Virus record (IMG/VR): IMGVR_UViG_3300011240_000038
DNA length: 64,000 bases
From: an uncultured virus (IMG/VR IMGVR_UViG_3300011240_000038)
Lineage: Duplodnaviria; Heunggongvirae; Uroviricota; Caudoviricetes
Direction: 5' to 3' (one strand)
Part shown: positions 1 through 9,808 of the stretch, in pieces
Layout: the number at the start of each line of letters is the position of its first letter
How positions within the stretch are numbered: the stretch's first letter is position 1
The notes under the pieces: generated by a model
Told to the model about the DNA's origin: nothing
Seen by the model: the letters and a program-made list of their open reading frames with translations, nothing else
Database searches by the model: none
Translations under genes and position numbers: made by a program

Positions 1-1596
1 TCAAATTAAATAATTTATATCTATCTTTTTAATATATCCATCATAGATTATATCTTTTATCATCCTATTGAGTAAACTCTTTTTCTTAGATAGATCTAAC
101 ATATCAAACACTTTTTTAAACTCTTCAAGCGATTGCAAAATTAATTCAAGATTTGCATTTTCTTTTTCCGTTTCATCTTTAACTATAAGAGATTTATTAA
201 GTTCCTTATTAAGCACTTCTATTTCTTCACCAAGCTTATTTATTTTTTTCATAATAAAGGTTGATGCAGATTCCGTAGCATTTCCTAATTGGTCAACTAA
301 ATTATCCATCACAGCAGTTTTATTCTTGATTTCCTTCTCTATTGATTTATAGTTAGATGTAACATCAGCTTTAGGTTTGCTTTTATATTTTTTATTAAAC
401 TCTCTAAGTATATCTTCCTTAGTTGTACTTTTTATAGATGCTATAATTTCCTTCTCTATCTTTAATCCATTTGCGTTAGGATTAGCACATCTAGTTTTAC
501 CACTATGACATTTTAAAGTACATGTATAATGATAACCTCTTACACCTTCTTTATTAGGCCTGTTATAAGTTATTCTCATGGAAGAACCACATTCAGAGCA
601 TTTTAGCAATCCAGTTAATAAAGCTACATTAGAAGTTCCAAGCCTTTTAGAAGCCTTATTTTTATTTCTATCCAGTAATTCTTGTACTCTTAACCATTTT
701 TTAGATGGAATAACACCCTTATGGTTGGAAGTTGCTATTATCCATTCAGATTTATCATATTGCTTTCCTTTCACATTTCTCTTACCATACAATAGAAGTC
801 CTTGACCCTTTGGTGTACCTACAGTAGTTATATTTTGCTTATTGAAGTATTCAAACACATCATCATTGCTTATAACATAGGCTGGATTTCTAAGTATATC
901 ATCTATACTACGTTGCATGAGTTGTCCGCCATTCTTACCTTTAATATGGTTTGCTAGACAATATTTTTGTACCTTATGTAAAGACATTTCATCCAGGTAC
1001 AAATCATATATGGATTTTACAAGCTCCAATTCCTCAGGAACTTGAGTTAATTTACTCATACTTTTTTCATTCATTTCTTCATCAAAATATTTTACTCTCT
1101 CTGAATTAAATCCAAGAGGAGTTTGTCCACCAAGCCAACGACCAGTTTTAGCTAGTTGGTACATATTATCTTTAATTCTTTCTGCAATAGTTTCTCTTTC
1201 TAATTGTGCAAAAACAGAAGATATATATACCATAGCTCTTCCCATAGGAGTACTTGTATCAAATTGTTCCTTTATAGATACAAAATCTATATTATTATCT
1301 TGAAGTAATTCTAAGGTAGATGAAAAATCAGCTACATTACGAGAAATTCTATCAAGTCTATAGCAAATTAAGCAATTAAACTTTTTATCTTTAGCATCTT
1401 TTATTAGTTGCTGAAATTTTGGTCTATTGGTATTACTACCGCTAAAACCTTCATCCTCATAAATAATAAAACTAACATCTTCATTATTTTTTAGAAGATA
1501 AGTATTTGCATAATTTTTGCATAACTCTATTTGATTTTCTATAGAATCTCCTGTTTCAGTCTGCTTAGATTTTCTACTATATATTGCTGCTATCAT
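1..1596 (-). CDS. Large serine recombinase (integrase)
   Basis: N-terminal YSRKS catalytic Ser, DEGFSG, RLDRISR, recombinase domain, CSECG..CTLKC zinc ribbon, C-terminal coiled coil; GAGGTG RBS. Confidence 0.96.
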   Translation of the reverse strand: MIAAIYSRKSKQTETGDSIENQIELCKNYANTYLLKNNEDVSFIIYEDEGFSGSNTNRPKFQQLIKDAKDKKFNCLICYRLDRISRNVADFSSTLELLQDNNIDFVSIKEQFDTSTPMGRAMVYISSVFAQLERETIAERIKDNMYQLAKTGRWLGGQTPLGFNSERVKYFDEEMNEKSMSKLTQVPEELELVKSIYDLYLDEMSLHKVQKYCLANHIKGKNGGQLMQRSIDDILRNPAYVISNDDVFEYFNKQNITTVGTPKGQGLLLYGKRNVKGKQYDKSEWIIATSNHKGVIPSKKWLRVQELLDRNKNKASKRLGTSNVALLTGLLKCSECGSSMRITYNRPNKEGVRGYHYTCTLKCHSGKTRCANPNANGLKIEKEIIASIKSTTKEDILREFNKKYKSKPKADVTSNYKSIEKEIKNKTAVMDNLVDQLGNATESASTFIMKKINKLGEEIEVLNKELNKSLIVKDETEKENANLELILQSLEEFKKVFDMLDLSKKKSLLNRMIKDIIYDGYIKKIDINYLI

Positions 1597-1638
1597 AAGC
1601 TCACCTCAATTATTAGTATGTTTATGGTTGTTATATTA

Positions 1639-1794
1639 TTACTTTGTCAATTCTCTTATATTTTCATATGATAAGGTACGGGTAATATTTTCCTTAGTCG
1701 GTTTTAGGATATTATTCTCTTCATTGCAATTATAAACAACTTGTCCATTTATTCTTATTTTTAAAATGTTAAAATCCCCCAATTTTATACTCAT
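1639..1794 (-). CDS. Small hypothetical protein (51 aa) upstream of the integrase, not in the ORF track
   Basis: MSIKLGDFNILKIRINGQVVYNC...RELTK with GGAAGGGG RBS and its own promoter. Confidence 0.6.
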   Translation of the reverse strand: MSIKLGDFNILKIRINGQVVYNCNEENNILKPTKENITRTLSYENIRELTK

Positions 1795-1817
1795 ATTACA
1801 TTAACCCCTTCCTACTC

Positions 1818-1865
1818 CGAACATGCGTTTGTTATTATTATAACTTTATTATAAATAATTTTCAA
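1818..1865 (-). promoter_or_regulatory. SigA promoter with a LexA/DinR (SOS) box just downstream
   Basis: Minus strand TTGAAA-17-TATAAT (1865-1837). CGAACATGCGTTTG at 1818-1831 fits the Firmicute GAAC-N4-GTTY box. Confidence 0.75.
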
Positions 1866-2017
1866 TATAATAGAATAACTATACATAAATTATTACACAG
1901 AGATCTATTAAATGTAATTGTCTGTATACAGAACGTTATTACATATATAAACAAAACAGCTATATATTTCAGTGTAAAATAAGAAAAAAATTTTAGAGTT
2001 AGAAATAAAATATAAAA

Positions 2018-2049
2018 AGACCATAACTTTTAATAAAAAGTTATGGTCT
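2018..2049 (-). terminator. Intrinsic terminator after the repressor gene
   Basis: AGACCATAACTTTT / AAAAGTTATGGTCT inverted repeat followed by a T-run on the minus strand. Confidence 0.75.
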
Positions 2050-2058
2050 CTATAATAA

Positions 2059-2439
2059 TTATTTAATTCTTGTATTTTTAATTAATGTATCTACATCAAA
2101 TCCAGTTTTCCTTAATTGTTCAAGTAAGGATTCTACATCCTCAGGGGTTAAATCATGAGGATAATTCTTATCAATTTCAACTTCGAATTCATCCCCTTTA
2201 TAATTAGTTCTTAGTATTTTAGAAGAGGGACTATCAGTTCTTCCGAGCAAGTAGTCAGTACTGCAATTAAAGAAATCAGCTAGTTTAGATATAGTAACAA
2301 TATCTGGAGTACGATATCCATTTTCCCATCCTGAAACAGTTTGTTTAGATACATTTAGATGTTTACCTAGATCAGCTTGATTTAAATTATGAAGTAATCG
2401 TTGCTCTTTTATTCTATCTTTCAATTCCATCTTTTTCAC
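2059..2439 (-). CDS. XRE-family prophage repressor (CI/ImmR-like)
   Basis: HTH QADLGKHLNVSKQTVSGWENG..P, DYLLGR; divergent from the Cro-like gene. Confidence 0.9.
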   Translation of the reverse strand: MKKMELKDRIKEQRLLHNLNQADLGKHLNVSKQTVSGWENGYRTPDIVTISKLADFFNCSTDYLLGRTDSPSSKILRTNYKGDEFEVEIDKNYPHDLTPEDVESLLEQLRKTGFDVDTLIKNTRIK

Positions 2440-2456
2440 CCTCCTATCTTGTTATA

Positions 2457-2594
2457 TTATATATGTTTTGCGTACTTTTTAAAATCTTTGTACGCATATA
2501 GAATATTTTTTTAAAAAAAGTGCAAAATAGTTATTGACAAGTACGCATAAAGTGTACTATTATATAAACATACCAAGTACGCACTGAGCGTATG
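2457..2594. promoter_or_regulatory. Lysis/lysogeny switch with repeated operators GTACGC-N5-GYGTAC
   Basis: Copies at ~2470 (half), 2489, 2540 and 2576, plus a fifth at 2813-2831. TTGACA at 2534 abuts one copy. Confidence 0.75.
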
Positions 2595-2618
2595 AATGAA
2601 GGAAGTGATAAATTAATT

Positions 2619-2834
2619 ATGGTTAATCTAAAGCTAAAAGCGTATAGAACTTTAAAATCTGTAAAACAAGAGGATATGGCTAAATTGTTGGGCATTGGAT
2701 TGAATACCTATAACTTTAAAGAAAATGGTAAAAAATCCTTCACTCTAGAAGAATCAAAAATGATTGCTGATTATTTTAATACTACGGTAGATGAACTTTT
2801 TTTTAAAGATTCGGTACGCATAATGAGTACTTAA
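2619..2834 (+). CDS. Cro-like HTH protein
   Basis: QEDMAKLLGIGLNTYNFKENGK HTH; start chosen from the RBS. Confidence 0.85.
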   Translation: MVNLKLKAYRTLKSVKQEDMAKLLGIGLNTYNFKENGKKSFTLEESKMIADYFNTTVDELFFKDSVRIMST

Positions 2835-2903
2835 TTTAGTTTATGTAGTTTTTTAAAATTAAAACAGAGTTAAATATTCTTTAACTTGAAAGAGGTGGAA
2901 ACA

Positions 2904-3113
2904 ATGGAATCACTAAAGATAAAAGAGATTAGGAAAGAAAGAAGATTATCTATATCTCAGTTAAGTCACGAAAGTGGAGTTGCAAGAGGGTATTTGAGTG
3001 AAATGGAAAGTGGTAAATACATCAATCCAAGCTTATTTGTAACTTGTAAGTTGTGTAAAGCGCTAAAAGTTGAACCTAATGATCTTATTAATAAAGAACT
3101 TTGGAAGTGGTAA
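2904..3113 (+). CDS. XRE HTH protein
   Basis: LSISQLSHESGVARGYLSEMESGK..NPS HTH. Confidence 0.85.
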   Translation: MESLKIKEIRKERRLSISQLSHESGVARGYLSEMESGKYINPSLFVTCKLCKALKVEPNDLINKELWKW

Positions 3114-3170
3114 CACAACGTAAGGCTAATGAATATATTAATTATAGTAAAAATATGCGAGGGGAACAGA

Positions 3171-3326
3171 ATGGAGTATACAATAGTACATCATTACCCA
3201 ACTAGTGAAGAGGATTTTCTTAAACATCAAGCAGAACTTATCGCAGATGTTTTATTACAAGAACTTGAACCTAATGAAATCGAATCAATTAAAAATTTAT
3301 ACACTACAGAGATAAAAGGGCAGTAA
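3171..3326 (+). CDS. Small hypothetical phage protein
   Basis: GAGGGG RBS before ATG 3171. Confidence 0.6.
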   Translation: MEYTIVHHYPTSEEDFLKHQAELIADVLLQELEPNEIESIKNLYTTEIKGQ

Positions 3327-3500
3327 TGCCTTTTATAAAAAACTTAATTTGAAAAATTTGCATAGACCTTCTCAATATATTCTATGTTGAGAACTCTAAA
3401 AGATTACTAAAATTTGAAAATTTATTAAAGTGGCTCTACGGAGGGTAAAAGTAATCAAGTGGCTCCAATGTGAGGGTAAAAATGTAATGGGGGATATATA

Positions 3501-3632
3501 ATGAAAAGATGTCAGACCTGCAAGGGGTGTAGTAAAAGATTTAAGTACGAATTGTTGTATAGCATAAGGTGTTTATTAGCAATATCTATTGTATTTGGTT
3601 CATTGCTAGCTATAGCTTGCATTATTTACTAG
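3501..3632 (+). CDS. Small membrane protein (43 aa) with CxxC
   Basis: MKRCQTCKGCSKRF...LLAISIVFGSLLAIACIIY, GGGGGA RBS. Confidence 0.5.
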   Translation: MKRCQTCKGCSKRFKYELLYSIRCLLAISIVFGSLLAIACIIY

Positions 3633-3643
3633 GGGGTGAAGAT

Positions 3644-3808
3644 GTGAATGTAGGAGAATCAGTAAAGGTTAAAGGAACCAATATAGAGGGAGTTATAATT
3701 CGTAAAGGTCGTACTGGATTATGCATGTTAGATGTAACCACAGAAGGTTATTCTGGATTTGGTAGAACTGTATTTGGTGAGTGGGATCTGGAACGAATTA
3801 AATCTTAA
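3644..3808 (+). CDS. Small hypothetical protein
   Basis: GGGGGTG RBS, GTG start. Confidence 0.55.
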   Translation: MNVGESVKVKGTNIEGVIIRKGRTGLCMLDVTTEGYSGFGRTVFGEWDLERIKS

Positions 3809-3829
3809 ATAAGAGGGAGGAAGTAAAGA

Positions 3830-5578
3830 ATGAGTCAAATTTCATTACTGAGAATAGCGAACTTTTTAGGGATTGAAGAACAAGAGATAAAAGCAGCTAA
3901 AATCAATATCCTTAGAGGACCAAATGGAGAAGGAAAGACTTCTGTAATTGAAGCACTAGAAAAGACCTTCACTAACAAAAGTAGAAGAACAGAAGTAGTA
4001 AGACATGGAACTGATGAAGCAGCATTGTATGTAGAACTTGATGATGGTTTAGAGGTAAATAGAAGAATTAGAAGTGATAAAGCAGATTATCTAAAAATAA
4101 GAAAGGCTGATGAAGGAGTACCTTCTACAGAAAAGTTTCTTAGAGATTTAGTAAATGGAAATATATTTAGGCCTTTAGATTGGGTAAATCTTTCAGTAAA
4201 AGAGCAGACTAAATCACTTCTTAGCATGTTAGAAATAGGCTGGAGCAAAGAAGATATCATTAATTGGTTTGGTGAACTCACTGACAATATAGACTATACA
4301 GAGCACATACTTATTATTTTAAAAGCCATAGAAACTAAATATTACAATGATCGTGCAGAAGTTAACAGAGAAATCAAAGAACTAGAAGCTAGGATTAAAT
4401 CAATAGTGGATGATTTGCCAGCGGAATACGACGGTGAAGAATGGAAAGATGTGAATGTCCAAGAGTATTACTCTAAGGTAAAAGAAGCGCAAGATATTAA
4501 TAAATGGATATCAGAAGCTAAAGGACTTCAAGAAAACTATAACTCAAAGGTTGAAAGTATTAAGTCTAATGCAGAAAATAAAAAGTCCAGTATTACCCTT
4601 AAGTACAATACCGAAAGAGAGGATATTAAGGATTTAGTTGCACTTTCTGAATCTAAAATAGAGAAAGCTAATAATAGCATAGAAAATGCTGATAGAGAAT
4701 TAGACCTAACTATTAGGGAACTTAAAAACAAGATTAATTGTGAGAAGGAAGGAACGTATCAAGCATATCTAAGAGATATTAAAGCTTTAGAAGAAGAAAT
4801 GAAAAAAAGGAAGGCTAATTTAGATGAAACTTATAAGTTTGCAGCTGAAGCTATAGAAAATAGCTTAAAAGAAGGTATAGATAGAGCTAAGAAAGACTCA
4901 ATAGAAATGGTGTCAGAGCAAAAGGATTTAATTTCAATTCACAAATCAAAAATAGCAGCTAAAGAACAGGAATTAATAGGACTAGAAGATAAAGAAATAG
5001 CAGAAAAGGAAGTAGTTGCGAATAATGCAACAAGTGAAATAGAGAAGGAAAAGCTTAGAATAGGTAAGGCATCTAAATACCTAGAGGAACATGAGGAAAT
5101 AGATGTTGAGCCATTACAAGAAGAAGCTAACAAGGTACAGGAAATGGTTTCTTACCTTCGTGAATGGAACAGGATATCTGAAATTAGAGATAACCAACTA
5201 GCACCTAAAGAACAGTATTCTGCATTACTTACAGAAAGAATTAATAAAGCTAGAAATCTACCAGGAGAACTTCTTAAAACTGCTAAGATGCCAATAGAAG
5301 GAATAAGCGTTGATGAAAATGGCTTAGTAAGAATTAATGGAACTTTAATAGATGGTTTATCAGATGGCGAAAAGCTTTCGCTTGCAATGAGAGTAGCTAA
5401 AGCACAGTGTGGTGAATTAAAAGTTATTTGTTTAGATCGTTTCGAGTGTTTAGATAAGGAATCTCAAGATAGGTTGCTAAAGGAAATGTCTGAGGATGAA
5501 TACCAATATTTCGTTACAGAAGTTGCAAAGACCGAAAATGGAGAAGTTGAGTTAGAAAAAATAGGGGAGGTAAGCTAA
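3830..5578 (+). CDS. SMC/Rad50-like AAA ATPase with a long coiled coil
   Basis: Walker A GPNGEGKTS, LSDGE signature, ICLD Walker B. Confidence 0.88.
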   Translation: MSQISLLRIANFLGIEEQEIKAAKINILRGPNGEGKTSVIEALEKTFTNKSRRTEVVRHGTDEAALYVELDDGLEVNRRIRSDKADYLKIRKADEGVPSTEKFLRDLVNGNIFRPLDWVNLSVKEQTKSLLSMLEIGWSKEDIINWFGELTDNIDYTEHILIILKAIETKYYNDRAEVNREIKELEARIKSIVDDLPAEYDGEEWKDVNVQEYYSKVKEAQDINKWISEAKGLQENYNSKVESIKSNAENKKSSITLKYNTEREDIKDLVALSESKIEKANNSIENADRELDLTIRELKNKINCEKEGTYQAYLRDIKALEEEMKKRKANLDETYKFAAEAIENSLKEGIDRAKKDSIEMVSEQKDLISIHKSKIAAKEQELIGLEDKEIAEKEVVANNATSEIEKEKLRIGKASKYLEEHEEIDVEPLQEEANKVQEMVSYLREWNRISEIRDNQLAPKEQYSALLTERINKARNLPGELLKTAKMPIEGISVDENGLVRINGTLIDGLSDGEKLSLAMRVAKAQCGELKVICLDRFECLDKESQDRLLKEMSEDEYQYFVTEVAKTENGEVELEKIGEVS

Positions 5579-6652
5579 GTGGAACTAAAGATAACAGGTG
5601 AAGGTAAAGTTAAATTCATAGAAAATAAAGATTTATTTACATCTGCAGAAGTTGTTTTTGACACTAGAGAAGATAGTGAAGATAGGACCAAGTGGCTCTC
5701 TCAAAGAACTAATTCTATAGGTGGTTCAGAAATAGGAGCTATAGCTGGATTTAGTAAATATGCATCACCGTTAACAGTATTCAATGACAAATTAGGATTA
5801 GTAGAAAAGTTCAAGGGTAATGTCCATACTCAATTTGGAAACAGAATGGAACCACTTATAAGAGAATGGGTTCAGGAAGATTTTAAGAAAGAAACAGAAA
5901 TTGAGCTAATAACTTATGAATATCCATACATGATGGTGGATAAAGAAATACCTTACTTCAGTGCCAATATTGATGGTGTAGGAGTCTTATCTAAAGAGTG
6001 GAGACATAGGGAGAATAGAGATACTGGAGAGTATTGGAGCATTGAAGCGAATGAGTTATTTGGACTAGAAATAAAAACAGGTTCAGAGTTTCTTAAAAAG
6101 ATGTGGGCAGGTGAAGAAGTTCCGGATAGCTATTATCTGCAGTGTCAGTGGTACATGGGAGTTACAGGACTAAAAAACTTCTTAATCATCTATATGCTAG
6201 GAAAAGAAATTAAATGGAAAGTAGTACCTAGAAATGATGATGATATAACTGCATTGAGAAATGTAGGTAAAAGTTTTTGGGAGAATAATATAATACCAAA
6301 GATACCACCTTCACCTATAGGAATCAATACAGAAACAGAGCAGATTGCAGAACAACAGGACCTAAGGGATGAAGATATTAGTTTACAGAGAGGACTTCTA
6401 TCTAAATACAAAGATATAGGAGAAAAAATTAAAGAACTAGAACAAGAACGGGAAAAGGCAAAACAAGATATATTCTTAGCTATGGGAAATGCGAAGAAAG
6501 GCTATGATGGAAGTTATAAGATTTCAAGGTTTTCAGTTAAGAAAGATAAGACAGATCTTAAACTTTTAAAAGAAAAGTACCCAGTTACTTATGAATCAAT
6601 AGTAAATGGGGTAACTGAATATATAAACCTTAGAATAACAGAAATTAAGTAG
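5579..6652 (+). CDS. YqaJ-type (lambda exonuclease family) nuclease
   Basis: WLSQR..IGGSE, ANIDG, LEIKT, YYLQCQWYM motifs. Confidence 0.92.
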   Translation: MELKITGEGKVKFIENKDLFTSAEVVFDTREDSEDRTKWLSQRTNSIGGSEIGAIAGFSKYASPLTVFNDKLGLVEKFKGNVHTQFGNRMEPLIREWVQEDFKKETEIELITYEYPYMMVDKEIPYFSANIDGVGVLSKEWRHRENRDTGEYWSIEANELFGLEIKTGSEFLKKMWAGEEVPDSYYLQCQWYMGVTGLKNFLIIYMLGKEIKWKVVPRNDDDITALRNVGKSFWENNIIPKIPPSPIGINTETEQIAEQQDLRDEDISLQRGLLSKYKDIGEKIKELEQEREKAKQDIFLAMGNAKKGYDGSYKISRFSVKKDKTDLKLLKEKYPVTYESIVNGVTEYINLRITEIK

Positions 6653-6661
6653 GAGGGAATT

Positions 6662-6844
6662 ATGGAAAAAGTAAGATGTGCTTATTGCGGAGAAGAGAGA
6701 GAGGTGCAAGAAATGCATCAAGGCAAAATTATTTTCAGAGATAGAGATAAATGTACTGGAAAAGCATTTGTGAATCAAAAAATTAATTGGTACTGCAAAG
6801 ATAAAGAGTGCTATGGATATGACCAAATGTCTCATGAAGGTTAA
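6662..6844 (+). CDS. Small zinc-finger-like phage protein
   Basis: CAYC...YCKDKEC; GGAGGG RBS. Confidence 0.65.
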   Translation: MEKVRCAYCGEEREVQEMHQGKIIFRDRDKCTGKAFVNQKINWYCKDKECYGYDQMSHEG

Positions 6845-6877
6845 ATATAAAGATTGTCTGAAGGAGGAAGATGAATA

Positions 6878-7795
6878 ATGGCAAATGCAAATGGTGGCTT
6901 AATGGCTAATCAAAATAATAATACAGCAGTACAAAATAAACCACAAAATAATGTTAAAAACATCCTAGCGAATGTTAATTACAAAAAAAGATTTGAAGAA
7001 ATACTAGGTAAAAAAGCACCAGGTTTTATAAGTTCTATAATTAACATTTCAAATTCACCAACACTTAAGGAATGTGAACCAATGTCAGTTGTATCAGCAG
7101 CAGTAGTTGCAGCAACATTAGATTTACCTATAGATCCTAACTTAGGTCAATCTTATATAGTGCCTTATAATGATAAAAACAAAGGTAAGATTGCACAATT
7201 TCAGATAGGGTATAAAGGATTTATACAACTAGCAATGAGAAGTGGTCAATACAAGACAATAAATGCAGTAGAGGTTTATGAAGGTGAACTCAAACATGTT
7301 AATAGGCTTACAGGTGAGATTGAATTTGAAGATACTCCAGAGCCATCAAATAAAATTATAGGTTATGTAGCTTATTTTAGATTACTAAATGGATTTGAAA
7401 AAGCTTTCTACATGACCAAAGAACAAATTGAAGCTCATGGAAAGAAGTATAGCCAATCATATAAAAGTAAAAAAGATTTTATTGTTAAGTCTAGTTTATG
7501 GACCACAGACTTTGACACCATGGCAATAAAAACTGTTTTGAAATTATTATTAAGCAAATATGGTGTTTTGAGTATTGAAATGCAGAAAGCTATAGAAGCC
7601 GACCAAGCTTTTATAAAAGATGATGTAGTTACTAAGGGAGCTGAATTTGATAGTAGCAAGGCAGAATATATAGATGTTCCTACGGATGGAGCTATTGATG
7701 TAGAGTACCAAGAAAATAACAATTCAGATTCTGATGACATATCACAGCCAGAACAAGAGGATATGTTTAAAGGTACACCATTTGAAGAAAGTTAG
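6878..7795 (+). CDS. recT: RecT-family ssDNA annealing protein
   Basis: LPIDPNLGQSYIVPY, QFQIGYKGFIQLAMRSG, MAIKTV; adjacent to YqaJ. Confidence 0.93.
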   Translation: MANANGGLMANQNNNTAVQNKPQNNVKNILANVNYKKRFEEILGKKAPGFISSIINISNSPTLKECEPMSVVSAAVVAATLDLPIDPNLGQSYIVPYNDKNKGKIAQFQIGYKGFIQLAMRSGQYKTINAVEVYEGELKHVNRLTGEIEFEDTPEPSNKIIGYVAYFRLLNGFEKAFYMTKEQIEAHGKKYSQSYKSKKDFIVKSSLWTTDFDTMAIKTVLKLLLSKYGVLSIEMQKAIEADQAFIKDDVVTKGAEFDSSKAEYIDVPTDGAIDVEYQENNNSDSDDISQPEQEDMFKGTPFEES

Positions 7796-7803
7796 GTGAT
7801 TAT

Positions 7804-7965
7804 ATGAGTAGAAAAATATGGCTTATGTATATTGAAAAAGATAAATTAGCACCAGTAAAATCCATAAGTTTTAACACCATGAAAGAGGTCGAAAGCTATA
7901 TGACAGAGCATAAAGAAAAACTGAACTACTTGGATATAGCTAAAAGTATTCAAAATGTTTGCTAA
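7804..7965 (+). CDS. Small hypothetical protein (53 aa)
   Basis: AGGTGA RBS; MSRKIWLMYIEKDK... Confidence 0.55.
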   Translation: MSRKIWLMYIEKDKLAPVKSISFNTMKEVESYMTEHKEKLNYLDIAKSIQNVC

Positions 7966-8166
7966 TAAGAAAGATAGTAGCCTTAACCACCACGAAAAGA
8001 CTACTACCAGGAACTTAAGAAAATTTTCACAGATAGGTATCTCAGCAAAGATGCCTATCTACACAAATTATAACACAGCTGCATATACGTGTATATTTTA
8101 ATAATTATCTCAGGAATAGTATATGCCAGTTTTAACGAAAAGTTGCTAACTAAGGAGGTAAATTTA

Positions 8167-9021
8167 ATGCCTTTCAGACTAGTTTATACAGAATTTTGGG
8201 AGGACCCAAAAGTAATGGAAGAAATGACACCTGAAGATAAGTATTTTTACTTATACTTACTAACTAATCCTAACACTAATATGATAGGTGTTTATAGAAT
8301 AACTAAAAAGCAAATGGCTTTTGATTTAGGATACAGTAGTGAGTCTATCAACTCTATACTAGATAGGTTTATAAATTTTCACAAACTTATTATCTACAAT
8401 GACAAGACTAGAGAAATATGTATTAAAAATTATGGCAAGTACAATTTGAATAGAGGTGGCAAGCCTATGCTTGACTGTATTTTAAAAGACTTGTCCAAAG
8501 TATCAGATATTAGCCTTGTACAAGAGATAGTTAAGAATATGAAACATGAAGGAAATAGGGTATTTATAGAAAATTATTTGTCCCCAATAGCAGACGATAC
8601 GTCTAACGATACGTGCAACGATACGTCGACGAAAGGCGGACAAAACCATAAACCAGAATCCATAAACCATAATCCAAAAACCAAAAACCAAAAACCAAAT
8701 ACTAATACTAGTAGTCTTTTAAGCAAAAAAATTAAAAGTAATACTGATGTATTTAAATTCTTAGAAAAATGTAATATCACAATGTCTCCTATAACTATGG
8801 AGAAAGTAGCAGCTGATATAGAAATTTATTCAGCAATAGAAGTTGCTAAAGCTGCGGAGATAGCAGATAGCAATGGGAAACGTAGCTATGCATATTTAAA
8901 AGGGATATTAGAAAAAAGAAGAGCAGAAGGAACTGATACAAAATCTATGGAGGAAAAGAGTCATGGAGCAAATAATGACAATCGTGGCGAAGAACTTCGA
9001 AATCAAGGAATTGGATTGTAA
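8167..9021 (+). CDS. Phage replication initiator (replisome organiser, DnaD-like C-terminus)
   Basis: FWEDPKV..MTPEDKYFYLYLLTNP N-terminus, YLKGIL C-terminal motif; AAGGAGG RBS at 8167. Confidence 0.88.
   Translation: MPFRLVYTEFWEDPKVMEEMTPEDKYFYLYLLTNPNTNMIGVYRITKKQMAFDLGYSSESINSILDRFINFHKLIIYNDKTREICIKNYGKYNLNRGGKPMLDCILKDLSKVSDISLVQEIVKNMKHEGNRVFIENYLSPIADDTSNDTCNDTSTKGGQNHKPESINHNPKTKNQKPNTNTSSLLSKKIKSNTDVFKFLEKCNITMSPITMEKVAADIEIYSAIEVAKAAEIADSNGKRSYAYLKGILEKRRAEGTDTKSMEEKSHGANNDNRGEELRNQGIGL
8594..8710. repeat. Probable phage replication origin (iterons inside the initiator gene)
   Basis: ACGATACGT x3 at 12-bp period (8594, 8606, 8618), followed by A/C-rich AAACCA repeats. Confidence 0.7.
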
Positions 9022-9790
9022 TAAAGAGCTAAAAACTTGTCCAAATTGTGGAGAAGCAGTAGAAAAAATAATAACAGTTCTAAATAAGCCATGGAAAGTT
9101 CCAGTAGTATGTTCATGTAGAAAAGCCAGGCTAGAAGAAGAAAGAATTAAATTTGAAAATGAAGATAAGCAGAGGAGATTAGATATTATTTTCAAAAATT
9201 CTTTAATGGATAAAAAATTTAAAGATGTTACATTTGAGAATTGGGATCATACCCAAGCAAATGAAAAGATATATGAAATTTGTTCAAAATATTCTTATAA
9301 GTTCTCAGAGTTAAAAGAGAAAAATGTTGGATTAATAATCTATGGAGTGCCTGGTAATGGTAAAACTTATGCTTCAGCTTGCATTGCAAATAGTTTATTG
9401 CAAAAAGGAATTCCGGTTATATGTGTTGGAATAAATGCTTTACTAGACAGGGTTAAGGAAACATACAACAAATGGGGTAGTGAAGGAGAACAAACAGTTC
9501 TGAGAAGTTTAGCTAATGCAGAACTATTAATACTAGATGACTTAGGAACGGAGCAAGATACACCATGGAGCAGAACTCAGATATACAACATTATAGATTC
9601 TCGCTATAGGAATGAGTTACCAACGATAATAACGATAAATCTTAGCTTAAATGATATAGAGAAAAGGTATGGCAAGAGAACTTATGACAGAATATTAGAA
9701 ATGTGTACACCAGTCGAAAATACATGGAAGAGCATAAGACAAGAAAAAGGCAAAGAAAAAACAAAAATTCTAAAAGAAATATTAGATTAA
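8963..9790 (+). CDS. DnaC/IstB-like helicase loader ATPase
   Basis: CPNC..CSC zinc site, GVPGNGKT, LLILDDLG, IIDSRY. Confidence 0.92.
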   Translation: MEQIMTIVAKNFEIKELDCNKELKTCPNCGEAVEKIITVLNKPWKVPVVCSCRKARLEEERIKFENEDKQRRLDIIFKNSLMDKKFKDVTFENWDHTQANEKIYEICSKYSYKFSELKEKNVGLIIYGVPGNGKTYASACIANSLLQKGIPVICVGINALLDRVKETYNKWGSEGEQTVLRSLANAELLILDDLGTEQDTPWSRTQIYNIIDSRYRNELPTIITINLSLNDIEKRYGKRTYDRILEMCTPVENTWKSIRQEKGKEKTKILKEILD

Positions 9791-9808
9791 AAATAGGGGG
9801 ATGGAATT

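Noticed and set aside
8594..8710. CRISPR-like array
   Set aside because: Repeats are 6-12 bp without unique spacers and lie inside the initiator gene; better explained as origin iterons.
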